Positions 39,283 to 53,730 of a stretch of DNA of 64,000 nt are shown here, piece after piece. Source of the DNA: Eledone cirrhosa (Eukaryota). The DNA is taken from positions 22,196,001 through 22,260,000 of the forward strand of contig OZ024761.1 of the NCBI GenBank assembly GCA_964016885.1, written 5' to 3'. Each line of letters opens with the position of its first letter. Position 1 is the stretch's first letter. The notes beneath the pieces were generated by a model. It was not told where the DNA came from, made no database searches, and was given only the letters and a program-made list of their open reading frames with translations. The position numbers were made by a program, and so were the translations under genes.

Positions 39283-39359
39283 CAGGGTGTCCCCAAAAAA
39301 TGTATACATAAATTTATTATAATGTTGTTGAAGTGTGTATACATTTTTGGGACACCCTG
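39283..39359. mobile_element. 77-bp Tc1/mariner-type MITE
   Basis: TIRs CAGGGTGTCCC(C)AAAAA(A)TGTATAC / GTATACATTTTTGGGACACCCTG; TA on the right flank. Confidence 0.8.
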
Positions 39360-39487
39360 TATATATATATATATTTGTGCGTGTGTACACATGCGTATAT
39401 ATTTATCATAAGCATCATCATCATTTTACATCCGCTTTTCCCTGCTATATATATATATATATTTGTGCATGTGAATGCATGTGTATA

Positions 39488-39524
<37 letters not shown>

Positions 39525-39529
39525 TATAT

Positions 39530-40090
39530 AGTAATAATAGTAAATTTGAAGACTAAAATCCAAAGCGGGCTCGATAAGGATAAATATATATCAAATATAT
39601 AAGAACCGTAGAGCAAATATTTATTAAAATAACAGATTAAAGTTTAAGCAAAAAATCGCTGCTTTCACCCTTAACGGGATCTTCTGACACTAACAAAGTC
39701 AATCTGTGAACGCAGAAGTAAATATTTCAAAAAAACGTTGCAACCGGAGGAAGACAGGAAGACGATACTTTGGTTCGTGGAAACGTTCCCTGGCAAAGAA
39801 CGGGAATAAACGAATATAATACGTCATTAATAGGAGCGGTGAAAAACAATTACACGCAAACACAAAACCACGTTAATGGTATAAAAGAAGTCGTAGACTA
39901 ATATTCTATTAGGTGGTTCATAGAGACGTTCTCAGGCAATGAACGGAAAAAAAACGAAGATAATACGTTATATGTGGAGCGGGGAGAACAATTGCACGCA
40001 AAGACAAAACCACGTAAATGGTATAACTGAACTCGTAGACTAAAATTCTAACTAGGAAACTGAATGATTCTCGGCTTCAGAGTTAAGAAT
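39530..40090 (-). mobile_element. (TA)n-anchored Penelope-like remnant with a degenerate hammerhead and an internal duplication of about 145-bp period
   Basis: Left end is shared with 43722-43775. The minus strand at 39655-39690 reads CAGAAGAUCCCGUUAAGGGUGAAAG. 39815-39910 resembles 39960-40052. Confidence 0.45.
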
Positions 40091-40357
40091 AAAGTAAATA
40101 AAATACAGAGGTAATAGAAATAAAATAAATACATACACACATCCATATACGTACATACACACATCCATATATGTACATACACACATCCATATACGTACAT
40201 ACACAAGCATGCGCAAAAACACTCGCCATGGGTGTGCAAATACAAGCACGTACACAAAAAAACCCGCACCCACATGCAGAACCCACGCAACGCCTGTACC
40301 CACACACATACGAATGTATACACCAAATACACATAAAAATATATATTAAAATAAAAA

Positions 40358-40391
<34 letters not shown>

Positions 40392-40829
40392 GTGTGTGTA
40401 TATATATATATGTGTGTGTGTATATATATGTATTGTGTATATATATATATATAATGTATGTGTGTATAAATATATATATATATATTTGATTGAGGATGAT
40501 TTTAGCATAAGAAAATAATTGCTCCAGATATAGAAATGTCTAACAGCTACTATATCTATCATTTATACACATAGCACATATATATATGTATGTATAAATA
40601 CACACACACACATTAGCACAGACACTCATACATACATACATACATACTCATACATACATACATACTCATACATACATGCATACATACATACACACTCATA
40701 CATGCATACATACATACTCATACATACATGCATACATACATACATACATACATACACACTCATACATGCATACATGATGATGGCTGCCCCCTCGTTATCG
40801 AGTATGGCCATTGCACGAGAAGAAAAAAA

Positions 40830-40860
<31 letters not shown>

Positions 40861-41369
40861 TAAAAAAAAAATAAAAATAAATAAATAAAATAATATATAT
40901 ATATATATATATGTGTGCATACACACTCATACATATATACATACATGTATACATACTCATACATATATACATACATGCATACATACTCATACATATATAC
41001 ATACATGCATACATACTCATACATATATACATACATGCATACATACTCATACATATATACATACATGCATACACACTCATACATATATACATAGACACAC
41101 ACTCATACATATATACATAGATACACACTCATACATACATACATAGATATGCCTATATTACAATGTTAGAGATTTGCTACAAAATACAAACTAACTATAT
41201 TTCAGTAAGTTAAGTTCCCCCAACACACACCACCACCACCACCATACCACCGACACCACCACCACGACACCACCACCACGACACCACCACCACTATACCA
41301 CCTACACCAATATACCCCCACCACCATACCCCCACCACCACTACTAGTCAACTTTATTTACAACAGTTC

Positions 41370-41850
41370 AACCCCCACTATACCCCCCTCTCCACCATAC
41401 CACCCCCACCACTATACCCCACCCCCACCATATACCCCACCCCCACCATATACCCCCCTCTCCACCACACCACCCCACCCCCACCACTATACCCCACTCC
41501 CACCATATACCCCACCCCCACCACTATACCCCCTCTCCACCCCCACCCCCACCACTATACCCCACCCCCCACTATACCCCACCCCCTCCACTATACCCCA
41601 CCCCCACCACTATACCCCACCCCCACCACTATACCCCACCCCCGCCATATACCCCACCCCCACCACTATACCCCGCCCCCGCCATATACCCCACCCCCAC
41701 CACTATACCCCACCCCCACCACTATACCCCACCCCCGCCATATACCCCACCCCACCACTATACCCCACCCCCACCACTATACCCCACCCCCGCCATATAC
41801 CCCACCCCCGCCATATACCCCACCCCCGCCACTATACCCCACCCCCTCCA
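41370..41850 (+). repeat. C-rich 17-19 bp minisatellite CTATACCCCACCCCCACCA
   Basis: Tandem units bounded by the direct repeat AGTCAACTYTATTTACAAC at about 41346 and 41850. Confidence 0.9.
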
Positions 41851-41957
41851 GTCAACTCTATTTACAACCTTCAGATTTACTTATCAAAGCAATAATCTAT
41901 ATTTCTGTCTGAGGACTTTACAAGTTATTAATAATGGGTTCCTGGGTTCCTATATAG

Positions 41958-42160
41958 GCACAAGGCCAGCAATTATGGAGGGAGCGGGGTGGGGTGGGGT
42001 AGTCGATTAAATCGACCCCAGTACATTACTGGTACTTTATTCCATCAAGCCCCGTAAAGATGAAAAGCAAAGTTAACCTGGGCGGGATTTGAACTGAGAA
42101 TGTAAAGATCTCGATCAAATAATATCACATTTGTCTGACACTCTACCGACTCTGCCAACT
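41958..42160 (-). mobile_element. SINE family A
   Basis: Reverse complement of the A/B boxes and the core. Confidence 0.8.
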
Positions 42161-42239
42161 TACCCCTCCTCTACCACCCCTCCTCTTCCATCTTATACCT
42201 GTGGGGGCAGGGTCCTCAAACACACCCCCCAGCAGGTCC

Positions 42240-42465
42240 TGTCAGAAGCAACCATCTCCAACCCATCTGGCTGGATCCTCCAAACAAGACCAGCCAAGCT
42301 CATGGATGTTATCCAACCATCTTGCTCGGGGTCTGTCCCTGGGTTTGCCCGTGGGTCTGTCCCTGGGTCTACCCCTGGGACTGTCCCTGAGCCTCCTGCC
42401 TGTTGGTTTTACCCGTAAAATCTGTCCAGCGATTCTTTCCTGAGACATTCTAACCACATGGCTGA
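42240..42465 (-). mobile_element. RTE-like LINE C-terminal fragment (third family)
   Basis: Reads SHVVRMSQERIAGQILRVKPTGRR..PRGRPR..RARWLDNI, with a 12-bp internal slippage repeat. Confidence 0.75.
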
Positions 42466-42845
42466 ATAGTAACAATAATGGTTATGATGATGTTGGAGGT
42501 GGTGGTGATGGGGGTGGGGGTAGTGGTGATGGGGGGTGTAGTGGTGGTGGGGGGGATAGTGCTGGTGATGGGGGGGATAGTGGTGTGTGTGGGGGGGGGG
42601 ATAGTGGTGGGGGTGATATATACATACATGTGTTGTTATATACAAACTGTCGTTTATGCGCGCCAATATTAAAGTACTCAATAACTAGGTTCTGGTAAAG
42701 TGTATTAACTGTGATTGTATGTGTGTGTAATTCATGTGTGTGTGTGTGTGTGTGTAATTCATGTGTGTGTGTGTGTGTAGTTTATGTGTGTGGGAGGGGA
42801 GTAGTAACTGATTAAAACCTTATGGATTGAATTACATCATTAGAC

Positions 42846-42926
<81 letters not shown>

Positions 42927-43410
42927 TATATATACACATGTATATATATATATATATATACACATATATATACACATATACATATATATATAGACACATA
43001 TATATACACATATACATATATATATATATATATAGACACATATATATACACATGTATATACACACATATATATATATATATATATATAGACACATATTTA
43101 TATACACATGTATATATATATATATGTGTGTATATGTTTACATATATATATATATATATACATGTGTCTGTGTATTCATTCATTAGTAGTAGTAATGAAT
43201 GAAAGAAATAGTACTCAATACCTTAAGCTAGAGTATTAGTTTCATCTAATCAGTCACAACCCTATTTCAAATGAAAGACTGCCTATAATTTTCAGATAAC
43301 TTTGGAATAGAATTTGGATAGATTTAATAATATAACTCATTGAGCTGGTGTTTGGGGCTTACATTAACCCTTTGTATATATAACATAACATAACATATAT
43401 ATATATATAT

Positions 43411-43710
43411 CATCATCATGTAATGTCTATCTTCCACGCTAGCATGGGTTAGACAGGAATTGTCCCACTTAAGGCAAGATTGGTCGGGTGACCGTGTCTC
43501 GCTCGTATAGGACTATATCTGGCAGGTTTTCTACGGCTGGATGCCCCTCCTAACACCAGCCACATTTACAGTGTGGAACTGGGAGATTTTTACCGTGTTA
43601 CCTTCACGGCCACATTACAGTGTGGACTGTGTTTTTTTTTTCTCTTCCTTTTTTTTTTTGTCGTGATACCTACACGACCTCATTAGTTTGGACTGGGTGT
43701 TGTGGTCCCA
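43411..43710 (-). mobile_element. RTE 3' UTR fragment
   Basis: Matches 19802-20110. Confidence 0.85.
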
Positions 43711-44023
43711 TATATATATATAGTAATAATAATAAATGTGAAGACTAAAATCCAAAGAGGGCTCAATAAGGATTATGTCTATGGTGTTCAATTCAGAGGG
43801 ATTTATTAATATAATGATATAAATACCATATATACTGGAATATGAGCTGACCCCTCTATTTTATGTCTGAGAAATGGGCAAGAATCCAAACCTTATTTAT
43901 GTAGAATTTGAAATATCGACCTCAAACATAAGCCAAGCCTCTTCTACCATTGATTTTTTGGTTGCATATTCCTCTGCTTATATTTGAGTATATACATATA
44001 TATATATTTTGTTTCTGAATTTG

Positions 44024-44056
<33 letters not shown>

Positions 44057-44063
44057 ATATATG

Positions 44064-44094
<31 letters not shown>

Positions 44095-44101
44095 ATATAT
44101 G

Positions 44102-44132
<31 letters not shown>

Positions 44133-44139
44133 ATATATG

Positions 44140-44170
<31 letters not shown>

Positions 44171-44233
44171 ATATATGTATATATATATATATATGTGTGT
44201 ATATATGTATATATATATGTGTGTGTGTGTGTA

Positions 44234-44278
<45 letters not shown>

Positions 44279-44279
44279 A

Positions 44280-44316
<37 letters not shown>

Positions 44317-45102
44317 ATGTGTGTATATATGTATATATATATATATGTATATATTTATGTGTGTGGTTTTTAGATAAACATAAACACTTCAACAGCAAAA
44401 TTGTTGTATCATAGAAGGAAGGGTAGTTTTGGGTGGGTTGATAGGACAAACAGTTAAGACTATGATCCAACAAACCAACTGCCACACCACACCACCACCA
44501 CCACCACCAACAACACCACCACACCACCACCAACAACACCACCACCAATACCACCACCACACCACCACCAACAACACCACCACCACCACCACCAACACCA
44601 CCACCACCTCCAACATCACCACCAACACCACCACCCCCTCCAACAACAACACCACCACCACCATCACCAACACCACCTCCACCTCCAACATCACCACCAA
44701 CACCACCACCATCACCATCACCAATCTATACCACTAGCCATCACTACAAAAACTGCTTTGCAAGCAGCAGTAGCAGCAGCAGCAGTTTAGTCATTGGTTT
44801 GCAGTATTGTAACCACCACCACCACCACCACCACCATCATTAGTCTTTGCTTATGCAGCATCTTCACCACAACCACCACCATCACCACCACCACCACCAC
44901 CATCTTCAAAGTAATTGCTCTGCAGTATCCCAACACAACCATCACCACCAACACCAGCACCATCACAGTCACTGCTTTGCAGTAGCCCTCCTGCCACCAC
45001 CAACACCACCACTACCATCACCTATACCACCACAACTACCACCTATACCACCAACACCACCACAACTACCGGTACTCCTTCCAGCTCTCTACCCTCTCAC
45101 TT

Positions 45103-45182
45103 CTAATCCCACCGAGGTCAACTTTTCCTTTCATCCTTTCGAGGTTGATAAAAAAAGTACCAGTCAAATACTGGGGTTGATT
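45103..45182 (+). mobile_element. SINE family A core fragment
   Basis: GAGGTCAACTTTTCCTTTCATCCTTTCGAGGTTGATAAAAAAAGTACCAG. Confidence 0.75.
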
Positions 45183-45415
45183 CTCTCTCTCTGGAAGAAA
45201 TCTGCTGTACTCAGGCCTGGAGAGGAGGTGTGGGCTCCACCAGGCTATAAGATGCCCAAGAAACACTGTATGTCAATACGGAGCCCCTACCACTCTATCA
45301 GGAGTTAGGGGACCATATATACACAAGAGACACTGTATGTCAATACGGAGCCCCTACGACTATCAGGAGTTAGGGGACCATATATAAGTATGTTGGTATT
45401 GGCTGTGAGATATTT

Positions 45416-45546
45416 TCATGTGTCCTTGCTCCCCACAATGCAGTTTTCCTCTGCATAAATCGGGAGGAAGAAATCGTTTGAGGTGGTGTGGCTGATGAAG
45501 CGGTAGTCACTGGCTGTTCTCCTTGGCAATGCCTTTGACATTTTAT
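45416..45546 (-). other. Candidate terminal coding exon of an unidentified gene
   Basis: Poly-C tract plus CAG acceptor; reads (D)KMSKALPRRTASDYRFISHTTSNDFFLPIYAEENCIVGSKDT* in unique sequence. No homolog recognised. Confidence 0.3.
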
Positions 45547-45698
45547 CTGGGGGGGGGGGGGTACAGCTAAGATCCCCCACCTAGCCTGGGGTGTACAATC
45601 TACCACACCCTCTACATCCCCATCTTTTCCTTAATCTCACTATTTAGATTTTTTTTGCCTCGTTATTTTTAATTACCCTATTTAATATTTCTATTTAA

Positions 45699-45965
45699 AT
45701 GCGGTGGATTGTCAGTTTCGGTAGAGGGTCGGACACGATGCTTTGCAGCACAGAGTTACAACCCTTTACGACCTGAGTCCAAATCCCGCTGAGGTTAACT
45801 TTGCCTTTCATTCTTACGGGGTCGATAAAATAAAGTACCAGTAATGTATTGGGGTAATTGCTGGTCTTGTGCCAAAAGTAGAAACAATTATTACAGGGTT
45901 GATAAAATAGAGTACCAGTAATACACTGAGGTAATTGCTGGCCTTGTGCCAAAAGTAGAAACAAT
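45699..45965 (+). mobile_element. SINE family A with a tandemly duplicated 3' part
   Basis: A/B boxes and core; 45818-45890 is repeated at 45896-45968. Confidence 0.85.
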
Positions 45966-46419
45966 TATTATATTTAATATACAAACATTGCTGAACTGTA
46001 AATATATATATATATATATATATATATAGGAAAAAGTATGACCCCGACGGCAGAGCTCAAGCCGTTTCGACGTCTATACACATACACACCAGACCATTAC
46101 ACAACTATACACATACTTTCCATGTTGGTAAGGGTAGTAACTTAATACCCATATTTCACTAACATGCAGCACTTTTTACTACACAATATATTTTACACAT
46201 GTTATCCATAAATTCACAGTCTGAAGGGTTTTTATTCCCTCTCATGAACAAAGAACTCCCTTTGTTCTGTTGCTATGTTACTGGCAGAGGGAAGGGGATG
46301 GAGGAGGGCAACAACAGCTCCTTAAATTTCTTCCAGCCCCACCCACTGCACCGACCACACCCACCACATCTAACTCTACCAAATACACTTCTGTCACAGC
46401 TTCCTCACATCCCTCATAT

Positions 46420-46484
46420 GCTGTTGTTGTTGTTGTTGTTGCTGTTGCTGTTGTTGCTGCTGCTACTGGTGTTGTTGTTGTTGT

Positions 46485-46515
<31 letters not shown>

Positions 46516-46631
46516 ACTGGTGTTGCTACTGGTGTTGGTGTTGTTGCTGCTGTTGTTGTTGCTGCTACTGGTGTTGGTGTTGTTGTTGTTGTTGCTGCTG
46601 TTGTTGTTGCTACTGGTGTTGGTGTTGTTGT

Positions 46632-46662
<31 letters not shown>

Positions 46663-47080
46663 ACTGGTGTTGCTACTGGTGTTGGTGTTGTTGCTGCTGT
46701 TGTTGTTGCTGCTACTGGTGTTGGTGTTGTTGTTGTTGTTGCTGCTGTTGTTGTTGCTACTGGTGTTGGTGTTGTTGGTGTTGTTGTTGTTGATATTGGT
46801 GGTGTTGTTGTTGTTACTGGTGTTGTTGCTGTTGTCATTGTTGTTGTTGGTGTTGCTGTTGTTGTTGCTGCTGCTACTGGTGTTGTTGTTGCTACTGGTG
46901 TTGGTGTTGCTGCTGTTGTTGTTGTTGTTGTTGCTGTTGCTGTTGTTGTTGTTGCTGCTGCTACTGGTGTTGTTGTTGTTGCTACTGGTGTTGGTGTTGT
47001 TGTTGTCATTGTTGTTGCTGCTGTTGTTGTTGCTGTTGTTGGTGTCGCTGTTGTTGTTGTTGTTGCTATTGGTGTTGTTT
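46420..47080. repeat. (GTT/GCT/GGT) triplet array
   Basis: Direct inspection. Confidence 0.9.
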
Positions 47081-47749
47081 TGGTTGCGTAAACACCAAGA
47101 TCACCACCACCAATAATAACAACAACAACATCACCAACAGCCCTCTTTCACTCTCATACACACACACACACATACACACACACACACATACACACACACA
47201 TACATACATATACACACACACACACATACACATACACATACACACACACATAAATATACACACAGTTTCATCCAGATTCCAAAATTGGTTCTGTTATGTT
47301 CTCTCAACCATTAGAATGGAAAGGGTGATGGGAGGGAGGGAGCGAGGGGAGGGTCCAAATAAAGCCCCACCACCGACACCACTGCCCCCAACATTATCCC
47401 ACCCCCAACACTGCCACACCCCCAACACCACTCCACCATCCCCAACAATGCCCCACCCCTCTCTACTATACCAATACAACAAAACAATTTTCGATTTTTT
47501 TGGAGGGACCAATTGAATCACCATCAGTCTGTCTGTCTGTCAGACAGTCAGACTGTATATCTCTCTCTCTGTCTGACTGTCGGACAGACTGTATATCTCT
47601 CTCTCTGTCTGACTGTCGGACAGACTGTATATCTCTCTGTCTGACTGTCGGACAGACTGTATATCTGTCAGACAGTCTGTCTGTTACACTATAGAGTGTC
47701 TAACTTCAAGACTTATGATGTACGACAGACAATCAATAGGTTAATTGAG

Positions 47750-47791
<42 letters not shown>

Positions 47792-48110
47792 TTTTTATGT
47801 GTGTATATACATATTTTTGTGCATGTTTATGCACGCGAGTTTATTATATATACATATATATATATATGTATCATCATCAATATATATGTATATGTACATA
47901 TATACATATATGTACATATACATATATGTATATATACATATATACATATATGTACATATACATATATATGTACATATACATATACATATATATGTACATA
48001 TACATATATGTATATATACATATATATATATGTATATATACATATATATATATGTATATATACATATATATATGTATATATACATATATATATATGTATA
48101 TATACATATA

Positions 48111-48147
<37 letters not shown>

Positions 48148-48230
48148 GTGTGTTAAAAAAGTCCTCTCAATAAGATGGAACTGAGTCATAACTTGTTGCT
48201 GTTATTAAAAATACTTCAATACAAATATAC

Positions 48231-48267
<37 letters not shown>

Positions 48268-48341
48268 AACATGTGTATATATATATATACACACACACAC
48301 AAACATGTATATATATATATGGATAGACACAAACATGTATA

Positions 48342-48388
<47 letters not shown>

Positions 48389-48420
48389 ACATGTATGTAT
48401 ATATATATATATATGTATGA

Positions 48421-48469
<49 letters not shown>

Positions 48470-48541
48470 TATGCATGTTTGTGTGTGTGTGTATATATAT
48501 ATATATACACACATATATATGCATGTTTGTGTGTGTGTGTA

Positions 48542-48591
<50 letters not shown>

Positions 48592-48849
48592 AGGGGTTAC
48601 TGTAATACAACATAACACTCTAAATAAACCCGATTAATACTTCAAAGGGACCATGTCTACTGGAAGCTTTTCAATTTAGGGGCCATTATTACTGTTATTG
48701 GTGGTGGTGGTAGTAGTGGTAGTGGTGGTGTCAGGGGGTAGGGTTCACCTTTGACCTGCCACAATTATTAGTTAATCAATAAAAACAATAATAATGACCA
48801 AATACTCCATCATTCACCTCCCCCCCTCTCAGCTATTGTTGAGTTAATC

Positions 48850-51800
48850 AACAACAACAACACCACCAACAACACCACCACCAATAACACCACCACCAAC
48901 AACACCAACACCACCACCAACAACAACACCAACACCAACACCACCAACACCAACAACACCACCAACACCACCAACACCAACAACACCACCAACAACACCA
49001 ACAACACCAACAACACCACCACCAACAACACCAACACCACCAACAACACCACCACCAACATCACCACCACCAACAACAACACCAACACCAACACCAACAC
49101 CACCAACACCAACAACACCAACACCAACACCAACACCAACACCACCAACACCAACAACACCACCAACAACACCAACACCAACAACAACACCAACAACACC
49201 ACCACCACCACCACCAACACCAACACCACCAACATCACCACCACCAACAACACCACCAACAACACCAACAACAACACCAACACCAACACCACCAACAACA
49301 CCACCACCAACAACACCAACAACAACACCACCACCAACAACACCAACAACAACAACACCACCAACAACACCACCACCAACAACACCAACAACAACAACAC
49401 CACCAACAACACCACCACCAACACCACCACCAACAACACCAACAACAACACCAACACCAACACCACCACCACCACCACCACCAACAACACCACCACCAAC
49501 AACAACACCAACACCAACACCACCACCAACAACACCAACAACAACAACACCACCACCACCAACACCACCAACAACAACACCAACACCAACAACACCAACA
49601 ACAACAACACCACCACCAACACCAACACCAACACCACCAACAACACCACCACCAACAACAACACCAACAACAACACCACCACCAACAACAACAACAACAC
49701 CACCAACACCACCACCAACACCACCAACAACACCACCACCAACAACACCAACAACAACACCAACACCAACACCACCACCACCACCACCACCAACAACACC
49801 ACCACCACCAACAACACCAACACCAACACCACCACCAACAACACCAACAACAACAACACCACCAACAACACCACCACCAACACCACCAACAACACCACCA
49901 CCAACAACACCAACAACAACACCAACACCAACACCACCACCACCACCACCACCAACAACACCACCACCAACAACAACACCAACACCACCACCAACACCAA
50001 CAACACCAACACCAACACCACCACCAACAACACCAACAACAACACCAACAACAACACCACCACCAACAACACCAACAACAACAACACCACCAACAACACC
50101 ACCACCAACACCACCAACAACACCACCACCAACAACACCACCAACAACACCACCACCAACACCACCACCAACAACACCAACAACAACACCAACACCAACA
50201 CCACCACCACCACCACCACCAACAACACCACCACCAACAACAACACCAACACCAACACCACCACCAACAACACCAACAACAACAACACCACCAACAACAC
50301 CACCACCAACACCACCACCAACAACACCAACAACACCACCAACACCAACACCACCAACAACACCACCACCAACAACACCAACAACAACAACACCACCAAC
50401 AACACCACCACCAACACCACCACCAACAACACCAACAACACCACCACCAACAACACCAACAACAACAACACCACCAACAACACCAACACGAACACCACCA
50501 CCAACAACACCAACAACAACAACACCACCAACAACACCACCACCAACACCACCAACAACACCACCACCAACAACACCACCAACAACACCACCACCAACAC
50601 CACCACCAACAACACCAACAACAACACCAACACCAACACCACCACCACCACCACCACCAACAACACCACCACCAACAACAACACCAACACCAACACCACC
50701 ACCAACAACACCAACAACAACAACACCACCAACAACACCACCACCAACACCACCAACAACACCACCACCAACAACACCAACAACAACACCAACACCAACA
50801 CCACCAACAACACCACCACCAACAACACCAACAACAACAACACCACCAACAACACCACCACCAACACCACCACCAACAACACCAACAACACCACCACCAA
50901 CAACACCAACAACAACAACACCACCAACAACACCAACACCAACACCACCACCAACAACACCAACAACAACAACACCACCACCACCAACAACACCAACAAC
51001 AACACCAACACCACCAACAACACCACCACCAACAACACCAACAACAACAACAACACCACCAACACCACCACCAACACCACCACCAACAACACCAACAACA
51101 CCACCACCAACAACACCAACAACAACAACACCACCAACAACACCACCACCAACACCACCAACAACACCACCACCAACAACACCAACAACAACAACACCAC
51201 CAACAACACCAACACCAACACCACCACCAACAACACCACCAACAACACCACCACCAACAACAACAACAACACCACCAACAACACCACCACCAACAACACC
51301 ACCACCACCAACAACACCAACAACAACACCAACACCAACACCACCACCAACAACACCACCAACAACACCACCACCAACACCACCAACACCACCACCACCA
51401 ACAACACCAACAACACCACCACCACCAACAACACCAACAACACCACCACCAACAACACCAACAACAACACCACCACCAACAACACCACCACCACCACCAA
51501 CACCAACACCACCACCAACAACACCAACACCAACACCACCAACACCACCACCACCAACAACACCACCAACAACACCACCACCAACACCACCAACACCACC
51601 AACAACACCACCACCAACACCACCAACAACACCACCACCAACAACACCAACAACAACAACACCAACAACAACAACACCACCAACAACACCACCACCAACA
51701 ACGCCACCAACAACACCACCAACACCACCACCACCAACAACACCACCAACAACACCACCACCAACACCACCAACAACACCACCACCACCAACACCACCAA

Positions 51801-52608
51801 CACCACCACCACCACCAACACCACCAACAACACCACCACCAACACCACCAACAACACCACCACCAACAACACCAACAACAACAACACCAACAACAACAAC
51901 ACCACCAACAACACCACCACCAACAACACCACCAACAACACCACCAACACCACCACCACCAACAACACCACCAACAACACCACCACCACCACCACCAACA
52001 ACAACACCAACAACAACACCAACAACACCAACACCACCAACACCACCACCACCAACACCACCAACAACACCACCACCAACAACACCACCACCAACAACAC
52101 CACCAACAACACCACCACCAACACCACCAACAACACCACCACCAACAACAACAACACCAACAACAACAACACCACCAACAACACCACCACCAACAACACC
52201 ACCAACAACACCACCAACACCACCACCACCAACAACACCACCAACAACACCACCACCAACACCACCAACACCACCACCACCAACAACACCAACAACAACA
52301 CCAACACCAACAACACCAACACCACCAACACCACCACCACCAACACCACCAACAACACCACCACCAACAACACCACCAACAACACCACCACCAACAACAC
52401 CACCACCAACAACACCACCACCAACAACACCAACACCAACAACACCAACACCACCAACACCACCACCAACAACACCAACAACAACAACAACACCAACAAC
52501 ACCACCAACAACACCACCACCAACAACACCACCAACACCACCACCAACAACACCACCAACATCACCACCAACACCAACACCACCAACAACACCACCACCA
52601 CCACCAAC
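48850..52608. repeat. 3.76-kb (AAC/ACC) binary triplet array
   Basis: Almost exclusively A and C on the plus strand; the triplet register is the same at both ends. Confidence 0.97.
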
Positions 52609-52868
52609 TATATATAGAAGAGTCCCAGAAAGTCTTTGGTAAAGAAGAAGACATTATCTTGCTTTCCTTCTTAAATAAAGAAATTGAAGAACTTGGAGAA
52701 GATTTGGAAGAAGACATCTACTGGGGAAGGTGGCTTTATGTTGGAGAAGGGTGGTGAGTGGAGGGTGGAGTGGAGTGGAGGGTGGAGTGGAGTGGGGGGG
52801 GGGGGGGGGGGGGTTGAGTCGTGTGTTGTACATTTATATATATGTATATATATATATACATATATATT

Positions 52869-52916
<48 letters not shown>

Positions 52917-52971
52917 CATATATATTTATATATACATATATATTTATATATATATACATATATATATATAC

Positions 52972-53002
<31 letters not shown>

Positions 53003-53157
53003 CATATATATTTATATATATATTTATATATATATTTATATATATATAAATATATATATTTATATATATATATATATATATACATTATATAAATATATAT
53101 ATTTATATATATATTTATATATATATATATATATATACATTATATTTTCTGTCTCAC

Positions 53158-53204
53158 CTGTCACTTCTGATATTCTCCACCCTGTTGCTTCTCGTCCCCC
53201 TCCT
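53158..53204 (-). other. Candidate 47-nt exon
   Basis: Pyrimidine tract ...CCCTCTTCCCAG acceptor and CAG|GTGAGA donor flank purine-rich unique sequence. Confidence 0.35.
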
Positions 53205-53359
53205 CTGGGAAGAGGGGGGGGGGGGAGATAAGAGTAGTAGGGTGGTGTTGGTGGAGGTAACAGTGTGTGTGTGGGGGGGGGGATATATCTTCCTCTTCTC
53301 TCTCTGATCTGATGATACAGTGATGTGATGTTATGGTTGACTGGATGGCTGACAGCACA

Positions 53360-53730
53360 CAACAGCACTGATATAACAACAACTACTATAACAACTATAA
53401 CAACAACTATAACAACAGCACTGATATAACAACTACTATAACAACTATAACAACTATAACAACAACTATAACAACTATAACAACAACTATAACAACAGCA
53501 CTGATATAACAGCAACAACTATAACAGCAACTATAACAACTATAACAACAGCAACTATAACTATAACAACAGCACTGATATAACAGCAACAACTATAACA
53601 ACAACAACTATAACTATAGCGACAACAACTATAACAGCAACTATAACAACAACAACTATAACGACAACAACTATAACAGCACTGATATAACAGCAACAAC
53701 TATAACAGCAACTATAACAACAGCAACAAC
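53360..53730. repeat. ACAACTATA-based minisatellite
   Basis: Direct inspection. Confidence 0.85.

Noticed and set aside
48810-52607. 1265-aa poly-Val/Leu ORF
   Set aside because: Antisense reading of the AAC/ACC array.
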